Shown here piece after piece: positions 1-11,499 of a stretch of 46,599 bases of DNA. Every line of letters begins with the position of its first letter. Positions within the stretch are counted from its first letter, which is position 1. The position numbers and the translations under genes were made by a program. Below the pieces are notes generated by a model. The model was not told where the DNA came from, searched no databases, and saw only the letters and a program-made list of their open reading frames with translations. Source of the stretch: Sphaeroforma arctica JP610 (taxonomy: Eukaryota); NCBI RefSeq assembly GCF_001186125.1, contig NW_014040512.1, forward strand, positions 116,719 through 163,317. Reading direction: 5' to 3'.

Positions 1-318
1 TGCACGAATAGCCATCTTATAAGTATGCTCATAGTCGATGAGTTAAATTATGTATTATTTTAACTCTACTCTCGAGCTCTTCTAAGTCAGTCAGATTCTG
101 TGTAACGCTGGCTGGATGAACCATAGTCCCGTTAGATAGGGCAACTTCAGTGCCAGGAGGGGTAGACTCCTGAGATACGTAATTAACAACATTAGATTGC
201 TGAAGTATCTTCTTTAGTTGTTTCGCAACTTCTGGCTATTCTTTAAGCAGCGCTTTAAGTAGTTGAGTGCGAGCTTCGGGTTCTCTTAGAGCTTTGAGTC
301 TTTGATCCATGGCCTTAG

Positions 319-890
319 CTAGTTGTTTTTACGATCTAATACCGTCTCAATCGGCATTACCTCGACTTTTTTCTTGTTGGGTGCATGTGTTGTACGAGTC
401 TTGAATTTTTGTTCAAACTCCTTAGACTCCTCTAATTTAGCTAAGAACTCGGTTGAGGGTTTCCACTTAGTGGTACCTGCAGGACCGATGCGACAAACGA
501 TGGTGTGTTTCCAAGGTGTCTTCCTAATAGAATAGGATATCTGATACAGGAACGTGTCGGTTTCACGGTCGACATATATAGCCTCGTCTTGTATCATATT
601 AATTAAATCACGTGTCCATGGGTCGGAGCTACGTAAGGAACAACACAGCGTAATGGTAGATTTAGTAATATTAACATAATTTAATAACTGTGCGATAAGT
701 TGCCTAGGTGGGTTAACCCACACATTATGTTTTGATAAGTCAAGTTGAAAGGCATCACCTTTAGGATGAGTCAACGACCTATAATCAGAAACCTGTTTGT
801 TACGTTCTGCGGCGAACATATCAATAGTAAATGGACCTCATCTTGATTGAGCGAGGTTAAACCATTTCTTATTAAGCATCCAATTGGTTG
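319..890 (-). pseudogene. DIRS/Dam-type N6-adenine DNA methyltransferase-like domain of the Gypsy pol
   Basis: Reads WMLNKKWFNLAQSR*GPFTIDMFAAERN...DAFQLDLSKHNVWVNPPRQLI...PW. It is in frame with the RNase H ORF 838..1764 across a single TGA at an expected Trp. Motif I (IDMFA) and motif IV (NPP; AGG is one base from TGG, giving NPPW) are present. Confidence 0.8.
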
Positions 891-2305
891 CTAATAACTC
901 TATAACTGTTTTCTGGTAGTCAGGGACAAGTCGAGAGAGCATGTCAGGAAGATGATTATGTATTCCTGGTATGTGTGTAATGTTAAAAGCGAACTTAGCA
1001 ATAATGTCATGCCAGCGGCTCATCAACTGTGAATCAGGGTTCATGTCCTCTAAATATGTTAAAGACTTTTGATCACAGGCGACAGTGAAGTAACTTCCAT
1101 AGAGATAATCTTTAAACTGTCTTAGCGCAGTAACTATAGCAAGGAGCTCTTGTTTAACGGTAGGGTAATTTCGTTGACTCTTATTATAACTCTTGCTAAA
1201 GAATTGTATGTAGCGCGGTTTACCATTTATCGTTTGGTAAAGCACTCCACCTACCGCTCGATCTGAAGCATCGGTCGCTTCTTGGAATGGGACACCATCC
1301 ACAGGGTACTGCATGATGGGTGCGTCTATTACTTTACTTTTGACTAGCAGCTTTCCCAAAGGTCCTTTGTGCCGCCGTAGGTGACTGAAAGGCTTTAAGC
1401 AATGAGAAAGATGAGGTACCGAATCCGAGAAGAAGTTAACAAACCCACACACAGAGTTCACATCTCTTCCAGTAATCGGTGTTAATAAATCCAACAGAAG
1501 TTGTTTCTTGCCGGGATCAATTTTTACCCCTGCTGCAGATACCTTGTATCCAAGCAAGTGTATAATATCTTTAGCAAAAGAACACTTGTCCTCGTTAATC
1601 TTAAGTTTGGCATGGTTTAGTCGCTTTAAGACTTCCTTAACGAGGTTAGCATGTTCATGTGCTGTCTTTGTAAAGATAACTATATCATATAAATATACAG
1701 ATACATTATCCGACATGACCGCAAATAGTTCCATCATAACTTGTTGGAAGAAGGAAGGTAACATGTGTAAGCCTTCAGGTGCACCTTTAAACTAGTACTT
1801 CTTACCTTGCCAAGTAAAGGAAAAGTATTTCCTATGCGGCTCATATATTTGTAATTGATGGAATGCAGCTTTTTAAGTCTAACTTGGAAAAGATAGTCGC
1901 CCCTTCCATTTTGCGTAGTATCTCGCTTATCTTTGGTAAGGGAAAACTATGTTGCGGCATTAGTTCTTGATTGACGACAGGTCTAGTACTACTCTTGTTT
2001 TACTAAACGTTCCATCAGATTCATATTGATCGACCGCTAAGAGAGCTAAGTTAACTGGGGTTGCATCATAATTGATTTCAATTAGACCCTGCTTTAACCA
2101 ATCTTCAATTTGGGTTTTAACAACGTTTCCGTGTCTCCAACTCACGTAGTGAAGGACACTTCAACTTAGAGAAGTCAACATTTGTTAAGTCAAGCTTAAC
2201 GTACCCGTTAGAGAACTTAAACATACACCAGTCAGTTATTGCAATCTTCCTGTTATGTATAATTAAGTCCATAGTTATATCGGTAAAGTGCGGAATCATA
2301 TCCAT
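838..2305 (-). pseudogene. Gypsy reverse transcriptase and RNase H (frameshifted)
   Basis: Fragments KTRVVLDLSSIKN, AFHQLQI, FTWQGKKY, FKGAPEGL..LPSFFQQVM, YLYDIVIF (degenerate YxDD), LKINEDKC.F, LLGY, followed by RNase H motifs. Confidence 0.88.
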
Positions 2306-2757
2306 TGCTTCACCTTCGGAGGTTTAGGTATCTTTAACATATTATCATCTGACTGATCTTTATTTGGGTCTAACCCTTTTGGCAGATCAGTGAGAGTTGT
2401 ACCTAAACTGAGAAGATCAGTCATACCTATAATTAAATCGTATTTCTGAGACATTTCAGTAACGATTAGGTGAGTATTTACTTCTCTTCTATCTGACAAC
2501 ATTAGGTGTACATAGTCAATGGCTTCTTCGCAAGTGGTAACTTTGCCATTTCCCAAGATTAAATTAGTTGTTTCGTTATGGATAGTCACATCTGTAGCGT
2601 AGGCTACTCGGCGTGAGATAGCAGAGACTTCAGCCCCTGGATCAAAAAGTGCTACAACTTTTTCTCCATTTACATAAACGGTTTGAAATATACGTTCATC
2701 TCCTTTGGTATAGATTTTATTGAACTTTTTCTCATAATCTTGCTCTAGTGCACACAT
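2296..2757 (-). pseudogene. Retroviral-type aspartic protease of the Gypsy element
   Basis: VVALFDPGAEVSAIS (D-T/S-G-like motif) and the C-terminal DLIIGM motif. Confidence 0.82.
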
Positions 2758-2766
2758 ATGGAGCTG

Positions 2767-3840
2767 TCAGTGCTTAACTTGGACGTCCGGTATGTCCTTG
2801 CAATCATTTTTGTGCCAACCGTTAGTACCCTTGCAAGTAGTACAATCTTTCATATAGAGTCCAAAGTTTGGCTTGCCTGGTGCACACTTAACAGAGTCGT
2901 GTTTACCATTCCACTTGCCATCACGTTTAGTGAGGTTGTAACCACACTTCTTGCAAGGTGCTCTCTCCTTCCTTTCACCCTTTGGTTCAGTAGAAGTAGA
3001 GTCTTTACCACCTCCAACAATAGTGCGAGGTTTCTTAGTATTACGCGCAGTGTTATTCTCTATCGCGGTACGCTTAGCGGGCTGGGTAAAGCTCGAGGTA
3101 CTAAGTACTCTAGTAGATGGGTTATTATACTTTTGAACTATCTTCTCAAAGACGGACCAAGGCATAGATCGCAAATCGCCATAGGCGATGATATCATCAT
3201 TGACCTTCTTAAAAAGGTTAGCTCCCAGAGTCTCCATCATCTGACAAATTAATAAATATTCGCCAGTATAGGTACGACCTCCCATCCGAGTGTTCATATG
3301 TGTCCTATGAGCTAGAGCACCTCGAATAGTAGTATCGTTCGCAAAGGACTTGCGAGACTCTAGAAGTTCACGGTCACGTGCATCTTCAAAGAAGGCGTTA
3401 AGTATAATCTCATGCAACTGGCGTCAGGGTAGAGCTTTCCAGTTGGGCTCATGAGCCTTCAAGATAGATTTCCATTCCTCTGACTCACAAAAATGAATAA
3501 AGGCATTCATCATTTGCTTATCATTAAGGCTGGCAGACTCCTTAAGTTGGTCAAGGGCCTTCAGTGTCTCCACTGTACTCTCATTAGTAGAGAAATCGAC
3601 CTCAGCCTTCGCATTACCTAGCTGCTTTATAAAGCTTGGTTCGAAGCGTTCACGAGGCTCACGCTCAGTGCTATGGGCTGCTAGTGCCAAGATGAAGTAC
3701 ATCTCCTTTCTCTTGTTATCGATTAGATAGCGAATGTTATCCGCTTTCTTATCGTTAAGGTCAAAGTCATTCAATAGACGGTCCTCAAGGACTTGCATAC
3801 CAGAACGTAATAGCCTGAGACCATATTGTCTGGTTCTCAC
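2767..3840 (-). pseudogene. Gag-like protein of the Gypsy element
   Basis: Two in-frame ORFs (3424..3840 and 2767..3417) separated by one TGA. The C-terminus has CKKC...HDSVKC and CTTC...HKNDC knuckle-like motifs directly upstream of the protease. Confidence 0.65.
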
Positions 3841-4330
3841 TTCCTCGTCTTCAGAGCTAGAGTGGGTACTCTCTAGTGAGTTACTGATATAACGATTACC
3901 AAAGTCGTGATTACCAGGGTTAGATTATAAATGAGGATCGATGTCATGAGGGTGGTAAGACTCATCGATTTCCACGATCATAGCCTCTGACAGGGTTAGG
4001 TTTGTCGAGAGGATGGTCGATTGTAGTTTCTGAGGTATAGAGATTAAATCTTGAAAAGTTACCCACTTCACCAGCGGTAACTGGCTCGGTGGTAACCCTG
4101 CTGGCTGGTAAACCAGTGGGTCCCAGATTTGAAACCTGGCTCGGAATATTTTTTTCTTCGGTATAAGAAGAATATCGGCCACGTGGGATATGATCAAAGG
4201 GTCAGAAGTGCGGCAGTGGCTAGATCCTTTAAAAGCTCGACTTTGCAGTTCAAATGGCGTCGAGATTGAGAAAATCCAACCACTCGTTGTCGATTTATGG
4301 CGTCCCCAACATTTGCATCTTCCGCCCCAA

Positions 4331-4381
4331 CATTCAGTGGCTAGGCATTCAGTGGCGAGGCATTCAGTGGCGAGGCATTCA
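4331..4381. repeat. 15-bp tandem repeat (CATTCAGTGGC[T/G]AGG x3.4) in the Gypsy 5' leader
   Basis: Directly visible in the sequence. Confidence 0.9.
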
Positions 4382-4392
4382 ATAAAATTTCA

Positions 4393-4410
4393 CGAAATGG
4401 AACGCCACCA
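4393..4410 (-). promoter_or_regulatory. Putative primer-binding site TGGTGGCGTTCC...
   Basis: TGG-initiated motif 4 nt downstream of the putative LTR end ...TTATTAACA on the minus strand. The cognate tRNA was not identified. Confidence 0.55.
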
Positions 4411-4414
4411 TCTT

Positions 4415-4794
4415 TGTTAATAAGTGAATTTGGCTGACTTTTAGTAGTAGTAAACCGTCGATCTCGAGACGGTTCCTTCACTTGTTCAGGAGATATAGCC
4501 TTTCCAATATCTGACTTTTCGCGGTCAGATGGCGAGCTGAGGCCCTGGGCTACACTACTAGGAGACACACGGACGCTGGCGAGCCTTTCCGCGGCAGTTG
4601 AGACCTCCACTTCCGAAGCTTTAGGGTCCGACGAGTCATCCTCAGAGTTTTCCTCAGAACCAAGCTCAGAAACGGCCTCCTCTATAGCTCCAACGGCAGG
4701 CTCAGTACCAGACTGACCAGCGTCCCCAGTAACCTCAGGAATTTCAACAGGCTTAGCAGGCTTAGAGCTGGCTGCTCCCTTGCCTTTACTAAAA
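4415..4794 (-). repeat. Putative 5' LTR (~380 bp) of the Gypsy element
   Basis: Ends in ...TTATTAACA followed by the PBS. Begins TTTTAGTAA, a 7/9 inverted match to that end, exactly where the Ngaro RT homology stops. The second LTR is outside the window. Confidence 0.55.
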
Positions 4795-6650
4795 TCATCA
4801 ACCCAACGTGCAAAGAACAGTTGAGCTTGGCGCAGTACCCAGTCGAAAGTGGAGGCCAAAGTCTCGTATAGTGCGAGAGAGCTTGCCAAACCGAATGGTA
4901 GGCACAATTCAAAATAGTAGAGACCTCGCCATTCGAAGCCTAGGAGTGAAACGTCATGTTTGTGGACTGGCGTGAGCCGGAAGGCTCCTACGATATTTAT
5001 ATCGCTTATAGGCGTGCCGGGTGGATGACTATTTATCCCGTCAATAAAATAACGCAAACTAGTGTATCGGATTATTACATAAGCTATGTGTGAATTAATG
5101 CCTTTCTGCTTGCCCTTTCTTGGTTTATGAGAGGTCGTGGATGCGCCGAAATTTCTCGGACCCACCCGGGCGGATTTTAGCTATTCCGCTTAAATGTAAT
5201 ATGGTATAATAAGGAGAATCTAATTGTGACTTAGTAAAAGATCTTAAAAGCGTAGATTTGTGTATATGTGTTTGTGCGTGCGGCAATCGTTGTAGCCAAT
5301 GTGTGTGCCAGAACAAACATTATGGATGAGCTTTTCTTTTAATATAGTGTTATAACCTAAAAGAGTGGATTCTGGCTTATTGTGATCAGGTACCGACGGA
5401 GGGAGCGTAGACTGAGCTAGAGCCGTAAAATTAAGGTGTATGTATGGTGATTGCTGCGGTATCCCCATCGCGAGTGTGGCGAGGGAGCATTGGATGTGAT
5501 TTTGTACTGTTATGTGTTGCGTTTTGATGGGTGTGGTTGTGGGGCTGATATATCATTCGTGTTTGGATGGGTCGTGCTGGTGCGAGCCGTGTGTGTTTTT
5601 CGACTTGCACATGGAGCGGTTGCAAAGGTGTTTGTATGAACACTTTGTGGCGCAGATTTCGGTCTTGGGGGTGTTGGGCGGCTTGGTCTGCTTCACATTC
5701 TCGCATACACACAAGGACCTGGTAATGTCGCAGTAGTCACAGAAAGTGTGTGTCAGTCTATTTCTGGGTGTGCATAGGAATCGAGCGATAATGTCTGGAT
5801 CGATATTGGCCAGGCGTGTGGTTGCCTCATATCTGTCAAAAACCCCTCTGTGTTCTGGGTCGAGCGCAGCAACGGAACTTGAAGTCATATCGTCTAGGTA
5901 TGTTGTCAGGCAGCACAAGTGAGACAAGTGGTCGTCGATGGCTGTAGAGTCTGTTCTGAATCCGTCGTTGTACATAAAGGAGGCTGCAAACACGGCGGTG
6001 AATGCGCGAATCACGTCTGCGGAGGACGTGAAAGCCTCTTCCTTAGCCTTAATTATCGCGATGCCTGTTTTGTCAATTGTAAGTCCACTAGCTCTCTCCT
6101 GAAGGTGAGCTGGTCGGAAAGTACGCATCATATCGGTGAGGGCGACGGTCTTACAAATCGTAAATTTATTCTTGACCGAGTCAGGCAACGTTGGTAGAAG
6201 GGAGCGAAGAGTGGCATCGGCGTCAAGCTGGGTTCTATCCTTAGTCTGCGAAGACCGAGTTGCAAGTTGCACCTACAGATGTTGATTCTCCTCCTTGGCG
6301 GTAATCCTTGCTTCTTAGTGGCGCTGTTGAGAGGATTCTCTGAATTGCTGAAATTCCTTGTTTGATTCGATTTGCGTCTGGACTAGTCATTGATTGAGGC
6401 TTTAAGAGCGGTTATTGTCTCAAACTCGGAGTCGGAACCCGTATTGTTGTCCATACGATGTTTCTTGTAAGGTGGTTTGTAGGGCTCGTCCACTTTATTG
6501 GTTGTCTCAGAGGCGTCATCTGTAACATTCTGGGTGGTATCAGAGTCGCCCGTAGTGGGATAGTGCCGCTTTGAGAAAGAATCGAAAGTCTGGAATTACA
6601 AATCATGAGACCGTGTTTTTCTGAGTTCGTGTATTCTTATAACATACTTT
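4795..6650 (-). mobile_element. Degenerate Ngaro/DIRS-type (tyrosine-recombinase class) retrotransposon: gag-like ORF1 plus the N-terminal half of RT
   Basis: RT motifs G.HIGY, KFRRIHDLS, AFRL.PV...D..LLGFEWRGLYY.E.CLPFGLASS, WVDDF. ORF1 (5553..6272) ends in a Cys/His-rich C..C.YKH.C...C...H region. RNase H and recombinase are not seen in the window. Confidence 0.8.
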
Positions 6651-7778
6651 GAACACTAAGATACACTTCTGCTCCTTTCCCTACCCCATGTGCCGTGGTC
6701 TATGGAGCAGGGTTTTCCGAGCAGGGTCATAATCAATAATTAAAACTCCGACTCCGACTTTTGCACAAAATAAAACACATCCTATCACACTAAAAAATCC
6801 CCTACTGAGTGTACACTCTACACTCTACGGTCTGCACTCTACAATAAAAAACACCCCCCTAACTGAAGTGTTTTCAGTGTACTAGGGTGTATCGCACACA
6901 AGCCCTATAGAGCTGTAAATAACTGTAAAATTAATTGCAGAAGTCAGTAGAGTTTACTGTGCACTTTTAAGGAATAATTATATCAGTAGCTACTTAATTA
7001 TCACTTTGAAAAGCACACTAAAAGGCTAATACAAATAGTAGTCCTAATACAGTTGCGCGGTATTAAAATATGACTGACCGAACTGCCACAGAAAAGAGAA
7101 AGGGCTACAATAAGAACGAGATGACACGACAAAAGGGCTCGGGAGGTGCCTCCATAGTAAATTAATAGTCGCAGACGAAGCGTCGCGAAACCCTATGGAG
7201 AAAAGAAAGAGCTTTGATAGATCAATGTATAAAAAAGGTGTTAGGCCGAAACACGGAACTTACGATGATTTGAAAAGTTGCAGCCGATCAGCCTATCTTG
7301 TTCAATTTACTCACGATATTGTCCACCGAAAAGGCCACCGCAGGTACTGTACCAATTCCGTGAGCGATCGTGATCATCGGGGAATGTATACAAGTACACA
7401 TTGTAATGTCGTAATGATTAATGATGGTTGTGCAATGATTAATGATGGTCGTAGTGTAACAGTAGCATAGAGACAAGAACAAGTGCGCACATTGACCAAC
7501 TGACCTCTGTAAGTGGTTTTAAATTTGGTGAAGGCGAAGTTTACTGGCAAGGTATGTATATGCTAGTACGACTTAACCCCGTACCGACTAACGTTGAGAC
7601 GCCTCAATGTTTTACTTCGGGTACATCCAAATTCAGGGTTCAACAAAGAGGCGAATCAAGTTGAATTTACATGTGTGAATTGAAGCACGCTACACGAATC
7701 CGCTGATAGCGTTTTTATCACCCGATGCCCTTAACAAATCTGTCGACGAGTTCATCGTTAATGAAATATAAAGGTCGC

Positions 7779-8371
7779 CGTAGAAATACGGTCGCCAGTC
7801 AGTCTAAACCATCAAAATAAAATGAGATTACACATAGGTTTTTATTTGTATTTGAATAATTTGTTACAAGTTCTTTTTCAAAAATCTCCAAAGTGTTCTA
7901 TATTCACTTTGTTGGCTTCAATAGCCTGAGTATGTGGTATGACTCATTTACCTGGACCTATTTGAGACATTAGTAGATGTAGGACAAACTAAATTTTATA
8001 GTTCTCTGAACTACTACGTATAGATTCTGGTCCTCCCGCCAATCTCCGAGATCCAATAAGTCTTTTTCTTTTTTCTTTTTTCTTCACATGTAACTTTGTT
8101 TATAATAGTTAATGTATTAACGTGACTTACGTACTTAAGTCTATCCACAACTTAGGCATGTGTGTGGTCATGAACATTTATTACTTCTTGTGAATTTTTT
8201 TCAATAAAGAACAGCTAGAGATTGAGGCACTTACCAAGCGACATTCACGATCACTCTCACACAAGTGACCACTGCTAAATTATATCTGACTTAAACTGTA
8301 CCTTGGTTTATTTAACATAGTTTGAAACTTAGTAATATCCATCGAAGTTTACATATCCATAGAAGTTTACA
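7779..8371 (-). mobile_element. Solo LTR (family A, copy 1) with 4-bp target-site duplication TCGC
   Basis: Reverse complement of 20197-20705 plus 21966-22042. Termini TGTAAAC...TCTAC(G/A). TCGC at 7775-7778 and 8372-8375. Confidence 0.75.
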
Positions 8372-8555
8372 TCGCTCACTGAACAAAACTTTACAACAAA
8401 TGAGATTTGCTACTTTCCCATGAGCAAAATTAATACAATTTCTAGGTTTTCATATATCCGGAGAAGATTTTAAAATTGACTCTAGTAAGGTAGAACATTT
8501 CTTAGACTAACGTACACCGACTATGTCAGGGACGTAAAGAGTAGCGGATGTGAGT

Positions 8556-8700
8556 TGTGGACAAAGTATCCTATGTGGGTATCTAGAACCGGATCAGGGG
8601 ACCGGATCTAAGAGAAGAGTTTAGGACCGGACCAGAGGACCGGACTGACTAGTGAAATAGATACTTCCATAAGATAAAAGTGATGACTCATCCGAAACCA
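8556..8700 (+). repeat. Dispersed repeat (LTR-like fragment starting TGTGGACAAAGTA, GGACCGG-rich), copy 1
   Basis: Inverted diverged copy at ~16690-16855. Confidence 0.6.
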
Positions 8701-10565
8701 TAGAGACGGATATTCTCACATTACCCGATGGTAGATAAAGTCTCCTTCCATATAGGATCGTGATTAGTAAATATAGCAGGCGCGTCGTTCCCAATGGCAC
8801 TTCTGACTGAGTTCACTTATTTCAGACGTAACACTCTTTACTAAGCGATACTTTTTTTAACCATATTTTTAAAGTGACGGAACTACTGTATTCATTACAT
8901 TACGTTCTTTACAGGTTGAACTAGCTTAATTAATTAATTGGTATTTTTTGTCACCACGATGAATGAATTTACTATATGAGCTAGAAAGCCTGTGTTTGAT
9001 TGTTAAAACGAATTTATCGGCAATCGCCATCGCATATCGATGAAGAGGCGACATATTTGTTCTCTGATTCGATACCGAATGAAGAAACCAAGGCAGAGGT
9101 TCATGCTACGCTAGACCATTTGTATCTGAGACTCAACAATCAATTTCTACGTTGGATAAGGCCATACAACATATAAAAGGGATTATCAAGCGGAGCGACA
9201 ACCTAGGACTGCTGACACATGTGCAAAAGCTATGGAGGTTATTCTGCTATTTCGGTTGCTAATTCAAAAATGTCGGGAATTCTTAATAGAATGGGTTGAC
9301 ACGCTTAAGGCAATGGCACAGTCTGAACGGATGCGGACTATGCGATTGACAGGGGTTCATGAAATCTTTTTCAAAGGCCAACCGAAATCTATGAGTTCCG
9401 GAGGCTTTCAAATATCTATATTTGAATACTTCAGTAGCGAGATAATTCAACGGAAAAGAGGTTTATGGAGACTATTAGTGTTGCCACGATTGTCCTCCGA
9501 GTAGTCAACCAGATTGCCACTCTGCCAGTCTGATGAGGGCAAGCCGGTGATTCTTGATACGTAGATAGTTATTGGTTAAAACAATAACGAAAGACATCAT
9601 TAGTATTTTTTATATATTTACTTTCTACCTTTTTTTTCTTGAAGATAAGTACTCACACAACAAAACAATAATCGTAGGTTCGACAGAACGATTCTGAAAG
9701 CATAAATTAGAAACCTTCGATAAAATCAGTACTGAGAGGATTGTATATGGGCAATGTCTCAGTCTTTAATTCCCCTCGATTACTGTTGATATCACGAGGC
9801 AAGCCTAACTTGTTTCACTTTTATACTACATAGATTAAAAGACTCAACTACATTACAGCTTTAACGGCATTAAAAATGTCTCGTTACACTGACTTTTACA
9901 CTTTAAGAGCAGGCGACTAATAGGCAGTGGTATATGTAGTTTACAAAAGAGAGCTATAAGTGCACTTAAAAAATAGCTTACCAAACCAGCGCATGTACGG
10001 ACAAGCGACGATTGAACGCTGTCGAACGCCATTGACATTCATAGACTATGCTTCACGACAACCATACACTGCGGGCATTAGCTCTGAACTACGAAGCATG
10101 CAAACTGACAATACATGCGGATCTTAATCGGTATATACAATATCAGATTCTTATGTTTGCACAGAAGGGGAGCTTGTAGATTTAAACAGAATCCATGGGA
10201 CATTATAGAAGAAAAGAAAAATTAAGGCCTAAAATTTGGGTAAGCATATACACGTACGCAAAGTTCCAAACCTTTTTTACACTATATTCTGAATGCTTGA
10301 AAACCTTTCCTATACTTTACATAACCAAATAAAGAGTGATATAATATGTCTCTGTTACAGGTGATACTGGCGCAATCGTTATCAAGAGAAAAATTGTAAG
10401 AGTCCTAAAGGTATTAGTACCTGTGCGGCGCCCCCGCAGTATCCTGAGGTAAATGATCGAGAAGAGATGCATGAATCGCGTGCGATTTGAATTTATCTAC
10501 GATTAAAGACGCCCCGGGTCATTTTTGATATTTAAATACACTTTTAGGGTCCCCTAATTGAGCTG

Positions 10566-11181
10566 ACAAGACTTGCTCTTCGTGTAAAATCCAGGGCATT
10601 CTAACATTCAGATATACATGCATATATGTATTGTAAACTTCAGAGTATGCATTCTAAGTTCTACTATATCGAGTAAACATATGGCAATTGAAGTCAGTTA
10701 GTATTTAGCCTTTGTAGCATGTGTAAAAGTGATTGTAAATATTAGCTGACCAGGCTGACTATACCGTATACTTATCATTAATAGTTTGATATAGTACGCC
10801 AACAGCTCGATCTGAAGCGTCGGTTGTTATTTGGAATGGAACACCGTCTACGGGGTATTGCATTTCTTTACTCACAAGACTTGCTCTTCTAGTAAAATCC
10901 AGGGCATTCTAACATTCAGATATACATACATGTATGTATTGTAAACTTCAGAGTATACATTCTAAGTTCTACTATATCGAGTAAACATATGGCAATTGAA
11001 GTCAGTTAGTATTTAGCCTTTGTAGCATGTGTAAGAGTGATTGTAAATATTGGCTGACCAGGTTGACTATACCGTATGCGTACCATTAATAGTTTGATAT
11101 AGTACGCCAACAGCTCGATCTGAAGCGTCGGTTACTATTTGGAATGGAACACCGTCTACTGGGTATTCCATTTCTTTACTC
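10566..11181. repeat. 308-bp tandem duplication containing a Gypsy RNase H fragment
   Basis: Units 10566-10873 and 10874-11181. Each encodes (minus strand) YPVDGVPFQI.TDASDRAVGVLYQTIN, nearly identical to the RNase H at ~1230-1315. Confidence 0.9.
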
Positions 11182-11499
11182 ACTCGCCTGCGTTTGGCTG
11201 TATGGAGATTAGACCTTTCAGTGTGTTTTTGTGTACAAGCTGACTTTTCTATAGTAAAAAGATCAGTGTGGCGTTTCGAATTGATGTAAAGCAATCTCAC
11301 CGGTATCTCTCACAAAGTCTAACTTTCATAGTTTAATTTGCTCTTTTACAGATTTCGTTACATCTGTCCCAGACGGTGATGACCATTCAACATCACGTAA
11401 ACAGACGGTCAATTTGCCAGTGATATATGACACAGAAACCTGTGCCAGCATAATTATATCTGATAATTGATTTAAAGCCTTCGCCATATTTCATTTTCA

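Larger units (their letters stand above)
1..4794 (-). mobile_element. Degenerate Ty3/Gypsy-type LTR retrotransposon (LTR-PBS-gag-PR-RT-RH-MT-INT), truncated by the left window edge
   Basis: Minus-strand domains in order: gag with two Cys/His knuckle-like motifs, protease LFDPGAEVS, RT (GAP..F, YLYDI), RNase H (TDASDRAVGGVLYQ/ELLAIV/DMLSR), methyltransferase-like domain, then IHNLTH resembling the integrase HHCC start near nt 30-60. Several stops and frameshifts. Confidence 0.88.

Noticed and set aside
4393..4410. Gypsy PBS as complementary to the tRNA-Ile at 18165
   Set aside because: The PBS requires a tRNA ending ...GGAACGCCA(CCA); this tRNA ends ...ACGGAGAA.
7070..10400. Protein-like fragments (e.g. 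7195..7470, 9232..9504) suggesting a decayed transposon
   Set aside because: Could not be assigned to any family by eye; too many stops to support a call.
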